64,000 nucleotides of DNA from positions 133,054,001 through 133,118,000 of the forward strand of contig CM059432.1 of NCBI GenBank assembly GCA_030390025.1. The letters run 5' to 3'. The notes under the pieces were generated by a model. That model did no database searches, was not told where the DNA came from, and worked only from the letters and a program-made list of their open reading frames with translations. A program made the translations under genes and the position numbers. This DNA comes from Squalus acanthias (lineage: Eukaryota). Shown here one piece after another: positions 12,095-25,290 of the stretch (positions are counted from its first letter, which is position 1; each line of letters starts with the position of its first letter).

Positions 12095-12570
12095 TTTCTT
12101 CTTCTTAGGCAGTCCCTCGGAACCGAGGATGACTTGCTTCCACACTAAAAATGAGTTCTCAGGTGACTGATGAGTCCAATGCGGGACCTACAGTCTCTGT
12201 CACAGGTGGGGCAGACGGTGGTTGAAGGGGCGGGTGGGTGAGGTGCTTGGGTTGACGTGCGCTCCTTCTGCTGTTTGCGCTTGGCTTCCTCTTGCTCCTG
12301 GCGAAGAGACTCGAGGTGTTCGGCGCCTTCCCGGATGGTTCTCCTCCACTTTGTGCGGTCTTGGGCCAGAGATTCCCAGGTGTCGGTGGAGATGTTACAC
12401 TTTTTCAAGGAGGCTTTGAGGGTGTCCTTGAAGCGTTTCCTCTGCCCACCTGGGGCTCTCTTGCCGTGTCAGAGCTCCGAGTAGAGCGCTTGTTTTGGGA
12501 GTCTCGTATCAGGCATGCGGACGATGTGACCCGTCCATCGGAGTTGATCAAGCGTGGTCAAAGCTTCGAT
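12095..12570 (-). mobile_element. RTE-clade LINE 3' fragment
   Basis: ORF 12145-12408 has WESLAQDRTKWR and the C-terminal C2H2 CPTCDRDCRSRIGLISHLRTH. The tail is (ttc)n. Confidence 0.9.
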
Positions 12571-13419
12571 GGTTTAAGGCTCGCAGTACACACACTCCCG
12601 CTTCCTGAGTGTTGGGACCAGACAGTCCACCTAATCTCGGAAGAGATCCATCTTCATGGAAACACAAAGTCCCAAGAGGAAACCCCTCTTAAAACTATGC
12701 AATTGAATATAGAAAGGCAACAGCATGTTGATCTGCCTACTCCCACATACAATCTAGCTGCATTTTCTGGTAGCATTATCATAGTGTTCTGTAAAGAAGT
12801 TTTTGTTTTAATTGGCAAGGCAAAACAAACTACCTTTAATAACAAAATTGTCAAATTAAAATTTTCCTTCACTTTCATGTTTTCATCCAATAAGCGGCTG
12901 GCACCTGTAGGGCAGGGCTGGGCTGGGCTACAATCAGCGCTGAGATCACTGAGCATTTTGTTGAGGCTACACCTAAATTAGTGGTGCGCCACTGCACCAC
13001 TGAAACTCTTCCCCTTCCCCTACTTTCAATCCTTGGCCCAGCTCCATGCACAGAGAGGGCCAGAGCATGCAGTCACTGAGGCTACTTCTCTTTCCCTGCG
13101 ACTCTTAGCAGCTGTTTTCCGTTCCCATTTGCCGTCAAAAATTGGTCTGATAATCGGCTTTGAAAAGACGAGGCAACATTATTTTGAGATGATAATTGAA
13201 CGACGTTTCAAATAAATTGATGGAACATAGCCGTATCGTTTCCGTGCCAGGAATCTGGTGTTCTTGACGGCATTTAAATCCAACCATTGCAGACCTGCGA
13301 ATTGACTGACGATGTATTATTGAGAACGACTGGTCAATAAGCCGATAATTACTGTCTACAGATGCCGGAAAAAAAAAATTCGACTGGTAGAACACTTTTT
13401 AATATAAAGTACTTTGGGA

Positions 13420-13760
13420 TGCAGAGTAGGAAGGTCCCAGGGTCACTCCTTGTTTCGTGCTAGGCATGCTGATCTTAACTGGGACGGCAATAAGGGTGCT
13501 ACAGTTGACTTCAGTACCTTAGGCTGGGGAGGGAAGGAACTCAACTGGGGTTCCTGCACCTGAAATGCTTGCACTGACTCCTGTTCGAAAATGCACACAG
13601 GGCAGCTGGTGAGGGGAGGATTGGGCTCACCTTTGCTGCTTTCCATAACATAGCACCTTGCCAATACCCACTGTCTGGGCTCTCGCACGATGAGTGCCCG
13701 CTTGCACAAGATGTTGGACAGGGCTCCAGAGAACCATAGTCTGACATGAATTGGCACTCG
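13420..13760 (+). mobile_element. Old tRNA-derived SINE remnant (possibly AmnSINE2-like); relatives at about 23850-24150 (-) and 63320-63450 (-)
   Basis: ggaaggtcccaggg...gctgatcttaactggg...gggtgctacagttg...ggctggggagggaa recurs in diverged form on the opposite strand. The family name is from memory only. Confidence 0.4.
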
Positions 13761-15351
13761 CGGAGGGGGAGAATATTGAACAGAAGGGGAAAGAAATGCT
13801 TTGAAAACACTTTCTTGAAAAGATGGTACTTTTTATATAAAAGCTCTGATGTGAATGCAGATCGGCCCAAAAGAAGATCTCGGCAGTAGAGTCACGAATC
13901 CTTCGGATCGCTGAACTGGCTGCTGTTTGCACGCAAGGTATGCTTGCAAGCCAAAAGAATTCCTGTTGACAACGTGCCTTTAATTGTCTTTTTTCACCTG
14001 ATGCACTGAGACACAGTTATCTTTTCCCATAGACCATTTGAGAGTTAAAACCCAGTGAGCCCCTCAATTTTTCTTTTCCATCCAGCGCGCAATCACAGCC
14101 ACTCGTGCCTTAATTCATTTTGCTTTTTTGGTATATATCGTGTACTTTGCAAACATCCGTCTTTTTAATAATAGTGGGACCTTGCAAATGTCAGCCAACA
14201 ACTACAATCACGGCATGCTGCAACATAAAAAACAGATTATAGTTCTGAGGCACTGTAAATAACTACTTAGGAAAAATGTAATAACTATAATTATGTTTGT
14301 GTCTGTCTGTGAGTTAGACTCCCTTTTACAAACTACACTAATAGATTTCTGTTTCACAAATCGCAATGATTGTGGTAATTGTGTGACTTTCATAAGGCTG
14401 CAGTGGTTCATGCCTGAGCCAACCCATCTATTAAGCTTCGATTGTTTTCTGCTAGAGTTAATCAACCGGTGCAGGGCTGACACTTTCTACCCAGAAGCTC
14501 CTAAGGTGGGTGGATATTATTTACCCACAGTTTTGCTGGTGCTGATTAGAGCAGCGTGAAGATTCTAGCTCTCAGGCGATGGCCGAGGAAGGCTGGACGT
14601 CCTTCAGGTTCAGTAGCTGGGTTGTCTATCATCTAACGGTTGTTGGGTCATTTTTGGTGCAGGGCGAAATGCCCGCTTACCACCTCCGATGCCACGCCTA
14701 ATGCCGAACCAGCGCAGGAGTAATAATGTGCAAGTGATGTGGCATGTGACTGATGTGTATAAAGTGTGATGGGACTTCTAAAGACACACATTTGTTCTGA
14801 GAACGTGCGGGGCTGTCACATCTGTGGCAGATTTGACAGTCTCCTTTGTCTCGGATGACAACCTCGCTGCCCTTGCATTTTCTGTTGCATTTGGATGAGA
14901 ACCAAAGCTTGTGAGCAAAAAAAAGCTCACTTCTCGTGAGATTTCACCGAGCCAGCCAAATTTGGATTGGCCCAGTTTGCAGTGCGGTCCTATAAATAAC
15001 ACTCTTACAGGATCGTTTTTTTTTTAAATACCGCTGAGATCAATGATTAATGGAGTGTTACTAAAGTCAATGAATCTGCTTTTGCAGGTGATGCCACATT
15101 GTTCTACATATAATTACATAATTTTTAAAATTTCCAACTGTGGAATTTTCATGCAGGCTGAGTTCCTGGAACAACCAGAAACAGCCTGCTCCATGGAATC
15201 TGGTGCCCGCCGCATTGTTGTTCGCATTTACTTTTGTAAAGGCACTTTTAAATGTTTCGTCTTAGTTTTAATAGAAATTCAAGTAATGAATTCGCATCAG
15301 CAAGCCTCCTCGGCAGTGCAAAGATGGATAAATGCTCCAACTAACAGTATG

Positions 15352-15722
15352 CTTGGCATTTGTATAGCACCTTTCACGACCTCAGAACATCCCAAAGCGT
15401 TTTACAGCCAATGAAGTACTTTTTGAAGTGTGGTCACTGTTCTAATGTTGGAAACGCGGCAGCCAATTTGTGCACAGCAAGCTCCCACAAACAGCAATGT
15501 GCTAATGACCGGATTTTTTTGGTTGAGGGATAAACATTGGCCAGGACACCTGGGAGAACTCCCCTGCTGTTCTTCGAAATATGGTCACGGGATTGTTTAT
15601 GTCCACCTGAGAGGGCAGACGGGGCCTCGGTTTAACATTTCATCCGAAAGACGGCACCTCCGCCAGTACAGCACTCCCTCAGTACTACGCTGGAGTGTCA
15701 ACCTTGATTATGTGCTCAGTCT
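15352..15722 (-). mobile_element. SacSINE1-like SINE
   Basis: Deu body and L2-type tail as at 2221-2686. Confidence 0.85.
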
Positions 15723-15920
15723 CATATAGATCTAAAGGGGTGGGGAGAGAAATCAGCACTTACCTTTTACCTTGAGTATCTGTGGTGGGCACAACTTATG
15801 AAGACTGTTCTGAAATAGCTGTGTTGGGTCGAATGAAATGCATGTGGGAATTAAATGTCTGCCTGAATATTATTTGTTCTGCTATGCTCTTTTGCTGGCA
15901 ATGTGAGACGCTTTATTAAG

Positions 15921-16070
15921 ATTTCTGATTTTGAAGCAGACAAGTTCACAAAAACCAAGCCACCCACACAGCGCAGTCTCACGGATCCTCTTGGGAACAT
16001 CCAGAGTTATTCCTGGCTGGATGGTGTTATCCGCAACCATTTGAAGGAAGAAAAAAAAGAAGGAACATAA
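15921..16070 (+). CDS. Candidate terminal coding exon of an unidentified host gene (ISDFEADKFTKTKPPTQRSLTDPLGNIQSYSWLDGVIRNHLKEEKKEGT*)
   Basis: AG at 15919-15920, a protein-like open frame to TAA at 16068-16070, and AATAAA at 16229-16234, in unique sequence. No homolog recognised. Confidence 0.3.
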   Translation: MSDFEADKFTKTKPPTQRSLTDPLGNIQSYSWLDGVIRNHLKEEKKEGT

Positions 16071-16321
16071 ACTTTCATTTAAAAAAGTGTGAGCGCTCAG
16101 TGTTGTACAGACGAGAGATCCGCAGGAACAATTTGTGAAATGCATACTGAGAAACCGAGCTGGAAACATTCAGCAGAGTAATAGGATGCTTCGAACTTCT
16201 GTGTTTTTTCTGTATTGCATATAAAAAGAATAAAGTTTTTAACGCATTATGGATAACAATGGTAGATGCTGTACTGCACAGATTTGTAGTCTGGATTGAC
16301 ATTTACTTCTAGATTGTTACC

Positions 16322-16540
16322 AGAGTGTCCTGGCCAATATTTATCCCTCAATCAACATCACTAAAACAGATTATCTGGTCATTATCTCATTGCTGTTTGT
16401 GGGAGCTTGCTGTGCACAAATTGGCTGCCGCGTTTCCTACATTACAACAGTGACTACACTTTTTAAAAGCACTTCATTGGTTGTAAAGCTCTTTGGGACG
16501 ATCTGAGGTCGTGAAAGGCGCTATATAAATGCAAGTTCTC
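16322..16540 (+). mobile_element. SacSINE1-like SINE, 3' half
   Basis: gtgtcctggccaatatttatccctca...aaggcgctatataaatgcaagt. Confidence 0.85.
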
Positions 16541-16729
16541 CTCAGATTTCAAGAAAGCACTTGATTCATTGAATTGAAATGCTTTTTCCCTCGTGTGTTA
16601 CCATGAAATCCCACCAAACACCATATCGAGCAATCATTACGGATAAACGTTGAACTGAATTCCACACCCAAGGTGAACCCAAAGGATCCAATTTTGGGTT
16701 AATTCATTAGATAGCTGAATATGATCCAC

Positions 16730-16860
16730 TGGGGAAAAAAAAATTACAGGGTTATGGAGAAAGAGCAGGAGTGTGGGGTTAATTGGATAGCTCTACCAAA
16801 GTGCCGGCACAGGCATGATGGGCCGAATGGCCTCCTTCTGTACTATATCATTCTATGATT
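16730..16860 (+). mobile_element. CR1 3' UTR fragment
   Basis: gatgggccgaatggcctccttctgt...ttctatgatt. Confidence 0.7.
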
Positions 16861-17692
16861 ACTTCCAACTTGCACATCACCTGAAAAAAAGTCGCACTGC
16901 TATACACAGAAAGAAGCTATTGTTCTGACCAGTGGTGGGGTCCAGGTTAGGAATGTGACCTAGGCCACTGAAGAATTGGCTGATAATTAATTTTTAAAAA
17001 AATGATTAGTGCCCTTAGACAGGGGACCGATTCGGTCATGGTCAGGTTTGGGGCTGGACAACCCCCTCCCCCAAAGGCGGGTAGGTACCAGAGTTTTCAC
17101 CTGCACCTGTAGCTTGCAAGCCAGGGGGCTAACACTGGAGGACAAGAACCTGGTATGACTACTGGAATCATGTCCTGAGGAATTTCAGGGATATTATTTC
17201 TACTTTGATGATTGTGAATGTACCAAGTTAAGTCCTAACTGCTTTAGATGTAAATATTTATTAAAAGTGTAGAAAATATCTAAAAATATATCTTTTATAA
17301 AAATGAATGAAACAATTGATAGTTTTTTAACTCCAGCTTAAACACTGTTTCCCTCATTGTAAATCCATCTGCCTGGTGCATAACATCTTCAAACACAAGT
17401 GTCATCTTCCCCAGGTGCACCCATCAATTAGCTAATAAATCAAAGGTGGACAAGTAATGAGACGCCATGTCACTGAGTGGTGAGTCATGGGTTTATGCAA
17501 ACAAATCTCCAAATATGGAATTCCTATTTTCAGCTAGGCGCTCTCACCTCACCCCATGGTATGTGAGTGAGACATCCACAGGCTGCGAAGTCATACTTAC
17601 TTGCTGCATTGCCAGAGTCCCCGGGGGGCAGATCACTCCGCTGGCTTCTTGTCTGCCTATGGTACATGGCGCTGGAAGACCAAGAAGATAAA

Positions 17693-18210
17693 CGACAACA
17701 ACTTGCATTTATATAGTGCCTTTAACATAGTAAAATGTCCCAAGGTGCTTCACAGGAGCTTTATCAAACAAAATTTGACACATAAGGAGATATTAGGACA
17801 GGTGACCAAAGTGGTAGGTTTCAAGGAGTGTCTTAAAGGAGCTGAGAGAGGTAGAGAGGCGGAGAGGTTTAGGAAGGGAATTCCAGAGCTTAGTGCCTTG
17901 GCAGCTGAAGGCACGGTCGGCAAAAGTGGAGAGATAGAATTCGGGGATGCTCAAGAGGCCAGAATTGGAGGAGCGCAGAGATCTCATTGGGTTGTAGGAC
18001 TGGAGGAGGTTACAGAGATAGGGAGGAGGGCTCTGAACACAAGTCTGAGAATTTTAAAATCGCGGCGTTGCCGGACTGGGAGCCAATGCTGGGGCCAGCA
18101 AGCACAGTGGGTGATGGGTGAACGGGACTTGGTGCGAGTTAGGACACGGGCAGCCGAGTTTTGGATGAGCTCAGGTTTACGGAGGAAGTTGAAGGCTGGG
18201 CAGGAGAGCA
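17693..18210 (-). mobile_element. L2 LINE 3' fragment
   Basis: IQNSAARVLTRTKSRSPIT and DRAFSCQGTKLWNSLP, with an L2 tail. Confidence 0.9.
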
Positions 18211-18836
18211 TAAAGGAGAAGAACATATCAAAAATAATGGTGCCTTAATCTCACAAAAATAAAAAGACACAAATCATCACTTCATGATATTAATATAGTG
18301 GAGTAAATTCTATCCTATTACAGCATTCTATTACACTCTGGGCCATTGGGAATGTGCCATATTCTGTCGTTGCACTTGGCTATGACACAAATGAGAATCA
18401 ATAGAATTGATATTCTTATAGAACTTCAAAATAAGCCCATTTTCTTTTATTCTTAAGGAGTGCTCATTATTTTAACGAGTGCTATTGAAATAATAACTAG
18501 AATCATGCAACTTTAAGTACATGTCAGTATATCAGGAACTGTGAAAGTGCTACAGTTTTACTTGACAGAACATTGTTTCATATAACTGTGTCCAAATATT
18601 ATTCATAATTGTTCATAAAAATTTACGAAGAGAATATTTGATTTGATTTTACATTCAGTACTTTACTTAATTAAAACATCTAATAATTATACTCGGTGGA
18701 GAGCACCAATTCCCTTGTAATTTTTCCTTCTTTGTACATGATCATTTTTTAGGGTTTTTTTCCTACAGAAGGAGCTCATTGTAACTCATTATTTAACTGC
18801 ACGATGTCTCCTATCGGACCCGTAAAAGATTTAAGT

Positions 18837-18998
18837 CTGGAATTAATGTGAGCGATGTTATCGCTTAATGCATTCATTTCAAATTCCTCTCTCCACTATT
18901 TTAGAGGAGGCATTAACCCATTTAAAATAAATGAGAGAGAAATTTGATATGTCCATGTTAAGCGTTCATACAATAACATTGCTCACCGTAATTCCCAG
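18837..18998. repeat. Nested-palindrome (foldback) element; relative at about 50700-50820
   Basis: Outer arms gaattaatgtgagcgatgtta / taacattgctcaccgtaattc. Inner arms aaattcctctct / agagagaaattt. Confidence 0.55.
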
Positions 18999-19089
18999 GC
19001 TTTGTAGCAAGGCGGCAATGAATATCAGTGTGTTTGTCTACTGAGGTAACATTAGAAAGTGTATATGTTTTTTTTAAAGAAACAAATCT

Positions 19090-22000
19090 TTTTTTTATTA
19101 GTTTATGGGATGTGGGCATCGCTGGCAAGGCCAGCATTTATTGCCTATTCCTAATTGCCCTTGAGAAGGTGGTGGTGAGCCGCCTTCTTGAACCGCTGCA
19201 GTCCGTGTGGTGAAGGTACTCCCACAGTACTGTTAAGGAGGGAGTTCCAGGATTTTGACCCAGCGACGATGAAGGATCGGCGATATACTTCTAAGTCAGG
19301 GTGGTGTGTGACTTGGAGGGGAACTTGGAGGTGGTGGTGTTCCCATGCGCCTGCTGCCCTTGTCCTTCTAGGTGGTAGAGGTTGCGGGTTTGGGAGGTGC
19401 TGGCGAAGAAGCCTTGGCGAGTTGCTGCAGTGCATCTTGATGATGGTACACACTGCAGCCACGGTACACCGGTGGTGGAGGGAGTGAATGTTTAAGGTGG
19501 TGGATGGGGTGCCAATCAAGCGGGCAGCTTTGTCCTGGATGGTGTCAAGCTTCTTGAGTGTTGTTGGAGCTGCACTCATCCAGGTAAGTGGAGAGTATTC
19601 CATCACACTCCTTACTTGTGCCTTGTAGATGGTGAAAAGGCTTTGGGGAGTCAGGAGGTGAGACACTCGCCGCAGAATACCAACTCTTGTTGCCACAGTA
19701 TTTATGTGGCTGGTCCAGTTAAGTTTCTGGTCAATGGTGACCCCCAGGATGTTGATGGTTGGGGATTCGGTGATAGTAATGCCGTTGAATGACAAGGGGA
19801 GGTGGTTAGACTCTTGCTTGTTGGTGATAGTCATTGCCTGACACTTCTGTGGCGCGAACGTTACCTGCCACTTATCAGCCCAAGCCTGAACGTCATCCAG
19901 GTGTTGTTGCATGCGGGCATGGACTGCTTCATTATCTGAGGTGTTGTGAATGGTGCTGAACACTGTGCAGTCATCAGCGAACATCCCCATTTCTGACCTT
20001 ATGTTGGAGGGAAGGTCATTGATGAAGCAGCTGAAGATGGTTGGGCCTAGGACACTGCCCTGAGGAACTCCTGCAGCGATGTCCTGGGGCTGTGATGATT
20101 GACCTTCAACCACCACAACCATCTTCCTTTGTGCTAGGTATGACTCCAGCCAGTGGAGCGTTTTCCCCCTGATTCCCATTGACTTCAGTTTTACTAGGGC
20201 TCCTTGATGCCACACTCGGTCAAATGCTGCCTTGATGTCAAGGGCAGTCACTCTCACCTCACCTCGGGAATTCAGCTCCTTTGACCATGTTTGGACCAAG
20301 GCTGTAATGAGGTCGGGAGCCGAGTGGTCTTGGCGGAACCCAAACTGGGCATCAGTGAGCAGGTTATTGGTGAGTAAGTGCCGCTTGATAGCACTGTCGA
20401 TGACACCTTCCATCACTTTGCTGATGATTGAGAGTAGACTGATGGGGCGGTAATTGGCTGGATTGGATTTGTCCTGCTTTTCATGGACATGACATACCTG
20501 GGCAGTTTTCCACATTGTCGGATAGATGCCGGTGTTGCAGCTGTACTGGAACAGCTTGGCTAGAGGCGCGGCTAGTTCTGGAGCACAAGTCTTCAGCACG
20601 ATAGCCGGGATGTTGTCGGGGCCCACAGCCTTTGCTGTATCCAGTGCGCTCAGCCGTTTCTTGATATCACGTGGAGTGAATTGAATTGGCTGAAGACTGG
20701 CTTCTGTGATGGTGGGGACCTGAGGAGTAGGCCGAGATGGATCATCCACTCAGCACTTCTGGCTGAAGATGGTTGCCAATTCTTCAGCCTTGTCTTTTGC
20801 ACTCACGTGCTGGGCTCCACCATCATTGAGGATGGGGATATTCACGGAGCCTCCTCCTCCCGTTAGTTGTTTAATGGTCCACCACCATTCACGACTGGAT
20901 GTGGCAGGACTGCAGAGCTTTGATCTGATCCGTTCATTGTGGGATCACTTAACCCTGTCTATAGCATGCTGCTTCCGCTTTTTAGCATGCATGTAGTCCT
21001 GTGTTGCAGCTTCCCCAGGTTGGCACCTCATTTTTAGGTATGCCTGGTGCTGCTCCTGGCATGTTCTTCTACACTTCTTATTGAACCAGGGTTGGTCCCC
21101 TGGCTTGATGGCAATGGTAGAGTGAGGGACATGCCGGTCCATGAGGTTACAGATTGTGGTGGAATACAATTCTGCTGCTACTGATGGCACACAGCGCCTC
21201 ATGGATGCCCAGTGTTGAGCTGCTAGATCTGTTCTGAATCTATCCCATTTAGCACGGTGGTCGTGCCACACAACACGTTGGAGGGTTTCCTCAGTGTGAA
21301 GATGGGACTTCATCTCCACAATGACTGTGTGGTGGTCACTGCTACCAATACTGTCATGGACAGATGCATCTGTGACAGGTAGATTGGTGAGGACGAGGTC
21401 AAGTAGGTTTTTCCCTCGTGTTGGTTCTCTCATCACCTGTCGCAGGCCCAGACTGGCATTATGTCCTTCAGGACTCAGTCAACTCGGTCAGTAGTGGTGC
21501 TACCGAGCCACTCTTGGTGATGGACATTGAAGTCCCCCACCCAGAGTACATTCTGTGCCCTTGCTGCTCTCAGTGGTGCTCAACATGGAGGAGCACTGAT
21601 TCATCAGCTGAGGGATGGCGGTAGGTGGTAATCAGCAGACCTGAAGCCATGAGACTTCATGGGGTCCGGAGTCAATGTTGAGGACTCCCAGGGCCACTCC
21701 CTCCTGGATGGTGATGGAGGAGTTTGGGACTTTAGCTGAAAGGTATGATTCTGTGAGTATGACTATGTCAGGCTGTTGTTTGACGAGTCTGTGTGCCGTT
21801 GCCGTGTCCGTGCCGTGGTCGATGCCGGGTGGTCCGTCCGGTTTCATTCTTTTTATAGCGGGTTGTTACAACTGAGTGGCTTGCTAGGCCATTTCAGAGG
21901 GCAGTTAAGAGTCAACCACATTGCTGTAGGTCTGAAGTCACCAGGTAAGGACGGCAGATTTCCTTCCCTAAAGGTTTCCATTACTGATACTAGCTTTTTA

Positions 22001-22131
22001 CTCCAGATTTATTTAATTAACTGAATTTAAATTCCCCAGCTGCCATGGTGGGATTCTCACATCTCTGGATCATTAGTCCAGGCCTCTGGATTACTAGCCC
22101 AGTGACATTACCACTACGCTACCGTTCCCGC
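19090..22131 (-). mobile_element. Non-LTR retrotransposon (CR1/L2 group; APE endonuclease + RT) with a tRNA-derived 5' head and no visible ORF1
   Basis: The EN start (QQPDIVILTESYL) is in 21632-21847 and the EN end (PTRGKNLLDLVLTN, SDH) in 20945-21436. The RT is in 19151-20749. A-box TAGCGTAGTGG is the reverse complement of 22111-22121. Confidence 0.88.
19151..20749 (-). pseudogene. LINE ORF2 reverse transcriptase segment (532 aa open; upstream part broken)
   Basis: NYRPISLLS, QFGFR, ALDIKAAFDRVWH, GVPQGSVLGP and FADD motifs. Confidence 0.92.
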
Positions 22132-22399
22132 TATGTTTATGTATCCACACTCGAATGGGAGGGTGAGAGGATTTGCATCATGTGCAATGGGATCATTTTA
22201 ATGAAATGCTTCAGATCCCACAGAAGTGACATCACATCGCATTCTAATTGATGGAACGATTCTTTGAAAATTCATTTCAAGAGATTAAAGATTTTAAATG
22301 CACATCACACTATGGACCAGTTTACGGTATACAGATTCTAAACCCACATCGCACAAACAATACAACGTGGATTTCCTGTCAGTGGAATCGTTCATGCGG

Positions 22400-22645
22400 C
22401 AGGAATTACATAGAAATTACAGAAACAGGCCATTCGGTCCACCTGGTCTATGCTGGTGTTTATGACCCACACGAGCCTCCTCCCACCTTGCTTTATCTCA
22501 CCCTATCAGCATATCCTTTTATTCCTTTCTCCCTCGTGTGTTTATCTAGCTTCCCCCTAAATGACGACTACTCCCTGTGGTAGCGCGTTCCACATTCTCA
22601 CCACTCTCTGGGTAAAGAAGTTTCTCCTGAATTCCTTATTGTATT
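22400..22645 (-). mobile_element. CR1 3' fragment
   Basis: The reverse complement reads ttctttacccagagagtggtgagaatgtggaac (FFTQRVVRMWN), followed by the 3' UTR. Confidence 0.8.
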
Positions 22646-25187
22646 TATATATTATGGTGCAGATTGGAGCAGCAAAATCAGGAGTTTCCTGAACTCGGGT
22701 AGTTTGCACCCATTGAGGCCAGTGCTTAAAATCGCCGCAGGTTTCTCAGCAGACAGAGTGGCCTCTCGCACAGAATTCTGTACGTTTTGAGAATTTCTTA
22801 AAGGGGCATCAATCCTTAAATCACATCTACCAAGTAATGATATCTAAACCACCTGGTCCTACACTTTGATAGTTCTCTAAAAATACCACCTATTGCCGTC
22901 TGATGCTGGGCTCCAATGCACTGTAACCAATGTCACAATGTTCAAGTGCAGAAAACTTATTTTCTTAATTATGTCCTTTGTGGTTGTTGGCAGTGTGGCA
23001 GCTACCCTATCACTCCTTCTAAGTAATTCTCTTGTGGAAGGATAAGTACATTGCAGCTGCTGGATTTCACCATCATCCTGCTGAGATTCTGGTAGCTCTA
23101 TACCTCCCTGGGCTATGCATTACCAGCATCCTGCATGGGAACTCTGTCGGAAAGAGACAATCCATAAACTATCCTGTCAACATATTTGATTAATTTTTGT
23201 TTCTATGTGACGTAGGTTTAGGACATTTACACTGTGAATAGCTGCAGCGGTAAGAAATGCAATGTCATTGTCCGAAACATTTGTAGAAATTACAATCAAA
23301 TATGGTGCAACTCCCCTCTGCTACTCTCTCCAACCCACATGTACCCCAACCACTATCTACAAGGACCCCTAAAGATGCGCCACGGCAACTGAGCTCTGTG
23401 CCTTGTCTGATGAGTGGGTCCATCTTTCAAACAGCTTCAGTTCAAATCCCCTGTCTTTAAGGCTGAACAGAAGAAAAAAAAGTGCCTTCATTTGCTGGAT
23501 TTTGACAAATCGCAGGCCAAACATGGCCACCTTCAAATGAATCCTCCGTTTCCAAAATGGCTTCCTTTGTTCTGGATTTTGGGGATGGATTTCCACGGGG
23601 GTTCTCCCACTCGTTTGCCGTAACCCGAAATGATGGCCAGTGTCATGAATCCAGCAATAAATCCAAATTTCCCCAGTCTGTGGAGATGGTATGCCTTCTC
23701 TAACACATCAAAACCTTTTCTTGCGAGGGAGATCACTGTGACTTGGCCCACTGATTGCCTGTGTGCCAGGATGGCTTTGGATGTTCCCGCCTCTCATGTA
23801 CGGATTGACTCCATGAGAGAGCACGATTCCACAGCTACCAGATGACCGCTAGTACTTTGCCCAAGTGCTCATTCTTCATGTGCGACTATAGACGGTGATG
23901 GTCAGATGGCTATTGAACTGCAAAGGCATCGCAATCAACCCGTTAGCCTGTCCTCATCCGATGTCCGCAGGCATGCAGTTCAACAAGACATGCTCCCTAA
24001 CCCAGAGGCACCCACGCTAATTGTATCACCTCTACTGTCACCAGGGCTGGGATCAGCTAACTCAGTATACATGTGGGGGGATCAGCTCGGGATCTTCTCT
24101 GCTGTACAACCAAGACTCTCTCTGCCATAATCTGATGGCCCATTAGTTGAGCCGGCCATGATAATGTTGAAGCAATTGAAAATCTTGTCAAGTGATAAAT
24201 GCCTCAGGATAAAGCTCATTATGGATGGAGAATCGAGGGGGGGCACGCACCTGAATTTCTGATCAGTGCTCCTGGCGCACACTCACAGTTCTGCTTCGGC
24301 AATGCTGAAGATAAAAATTTATTCTGGCAAGTCTTTCCAGATGGGAGACTGGGACATTAACATAGCTCCTCATAATTTGTGTTCTCGCTGCTACATAATG
24401 ACATGTTCTTACCTGGTTATTGATTAATTTTTAACATATGCTATAAACAGAGTACATTACAAAGACCCATGGGAAATGATTTATATCCCACTTGTAGCAT
24501 TGTCCATAACTCACTTGCGACTTCATCATTCGTAAGTTGTCAGGTCAGCTCACACGTGGAATATAAATCATATCCCACAGGTGCATTTACTGACTTGACG
24601 TTTTTCTCTCATGACCATAAACTCTGCATTTTGTCCTCCAGTGCAATTGTTTTTTGCTGGAATAAAATATGTTTTTACAGAAAATATTCAAATTGCCAAT
24701 TAATGTGTTAACTATTGCCGCATTTTTTTTTTTAACATCACGCTGTAAGCAAGTACCATGTTGTTTTGGAAACCAATCTAATGTCAACTGGCTGAAGAGC
24801 AACATTTGAAAACATCTTGCTCAAATCCAGCCATCAACTACAAAGAATGAAAATGGGAACACTAGGTAAGATGCACTTTTTAACTAGTGTAATTGTTAGG
24901 TACATTTATTTTCAAGGGAAATATAGTTAGACAATTTATTGCAAGATTGATTATAATACCCATTTGTCAAAAGGAATACGTTTAGGCAGACATGAATCTT
25001 TCTCAGATTTCCTTTTTCAAACAACTGAATCCCATGGTTGATTAATAGATGTATTAATTAATCACTTTTAGAGACTGTTCTCTAAATGGGTATCTTATTG
25101 AAGATATGAGTACCAACTGAGGGGTAAAAGTACCAACTGGTGGGCGAATTTTCATTTGAAGCAATTTCGAGGACTTTGGACTCATCA

Positions 25188-25290
25188 AAGAAAGACTTGC
25201 ATTTATATAGCGCCCTTCACGACCTCAGGATGTCCCAAAGTGCTTCACAGCCAATCGAAGTACTTTTGAAGTGTAGTCGCTGTTCTAGAG
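25188..25290 (-). mobile_element. SacSINE1-like SINE 3' tail fragment
   Basis: aaagaaagacttgcatttatatagcgcc... Confidence 0.75.

Noticed and set aside
12292..12981. 229-aa ORF on +
   Set aside because: Its first half is antisense RTE sequence and the remainder has no recognisable domain.
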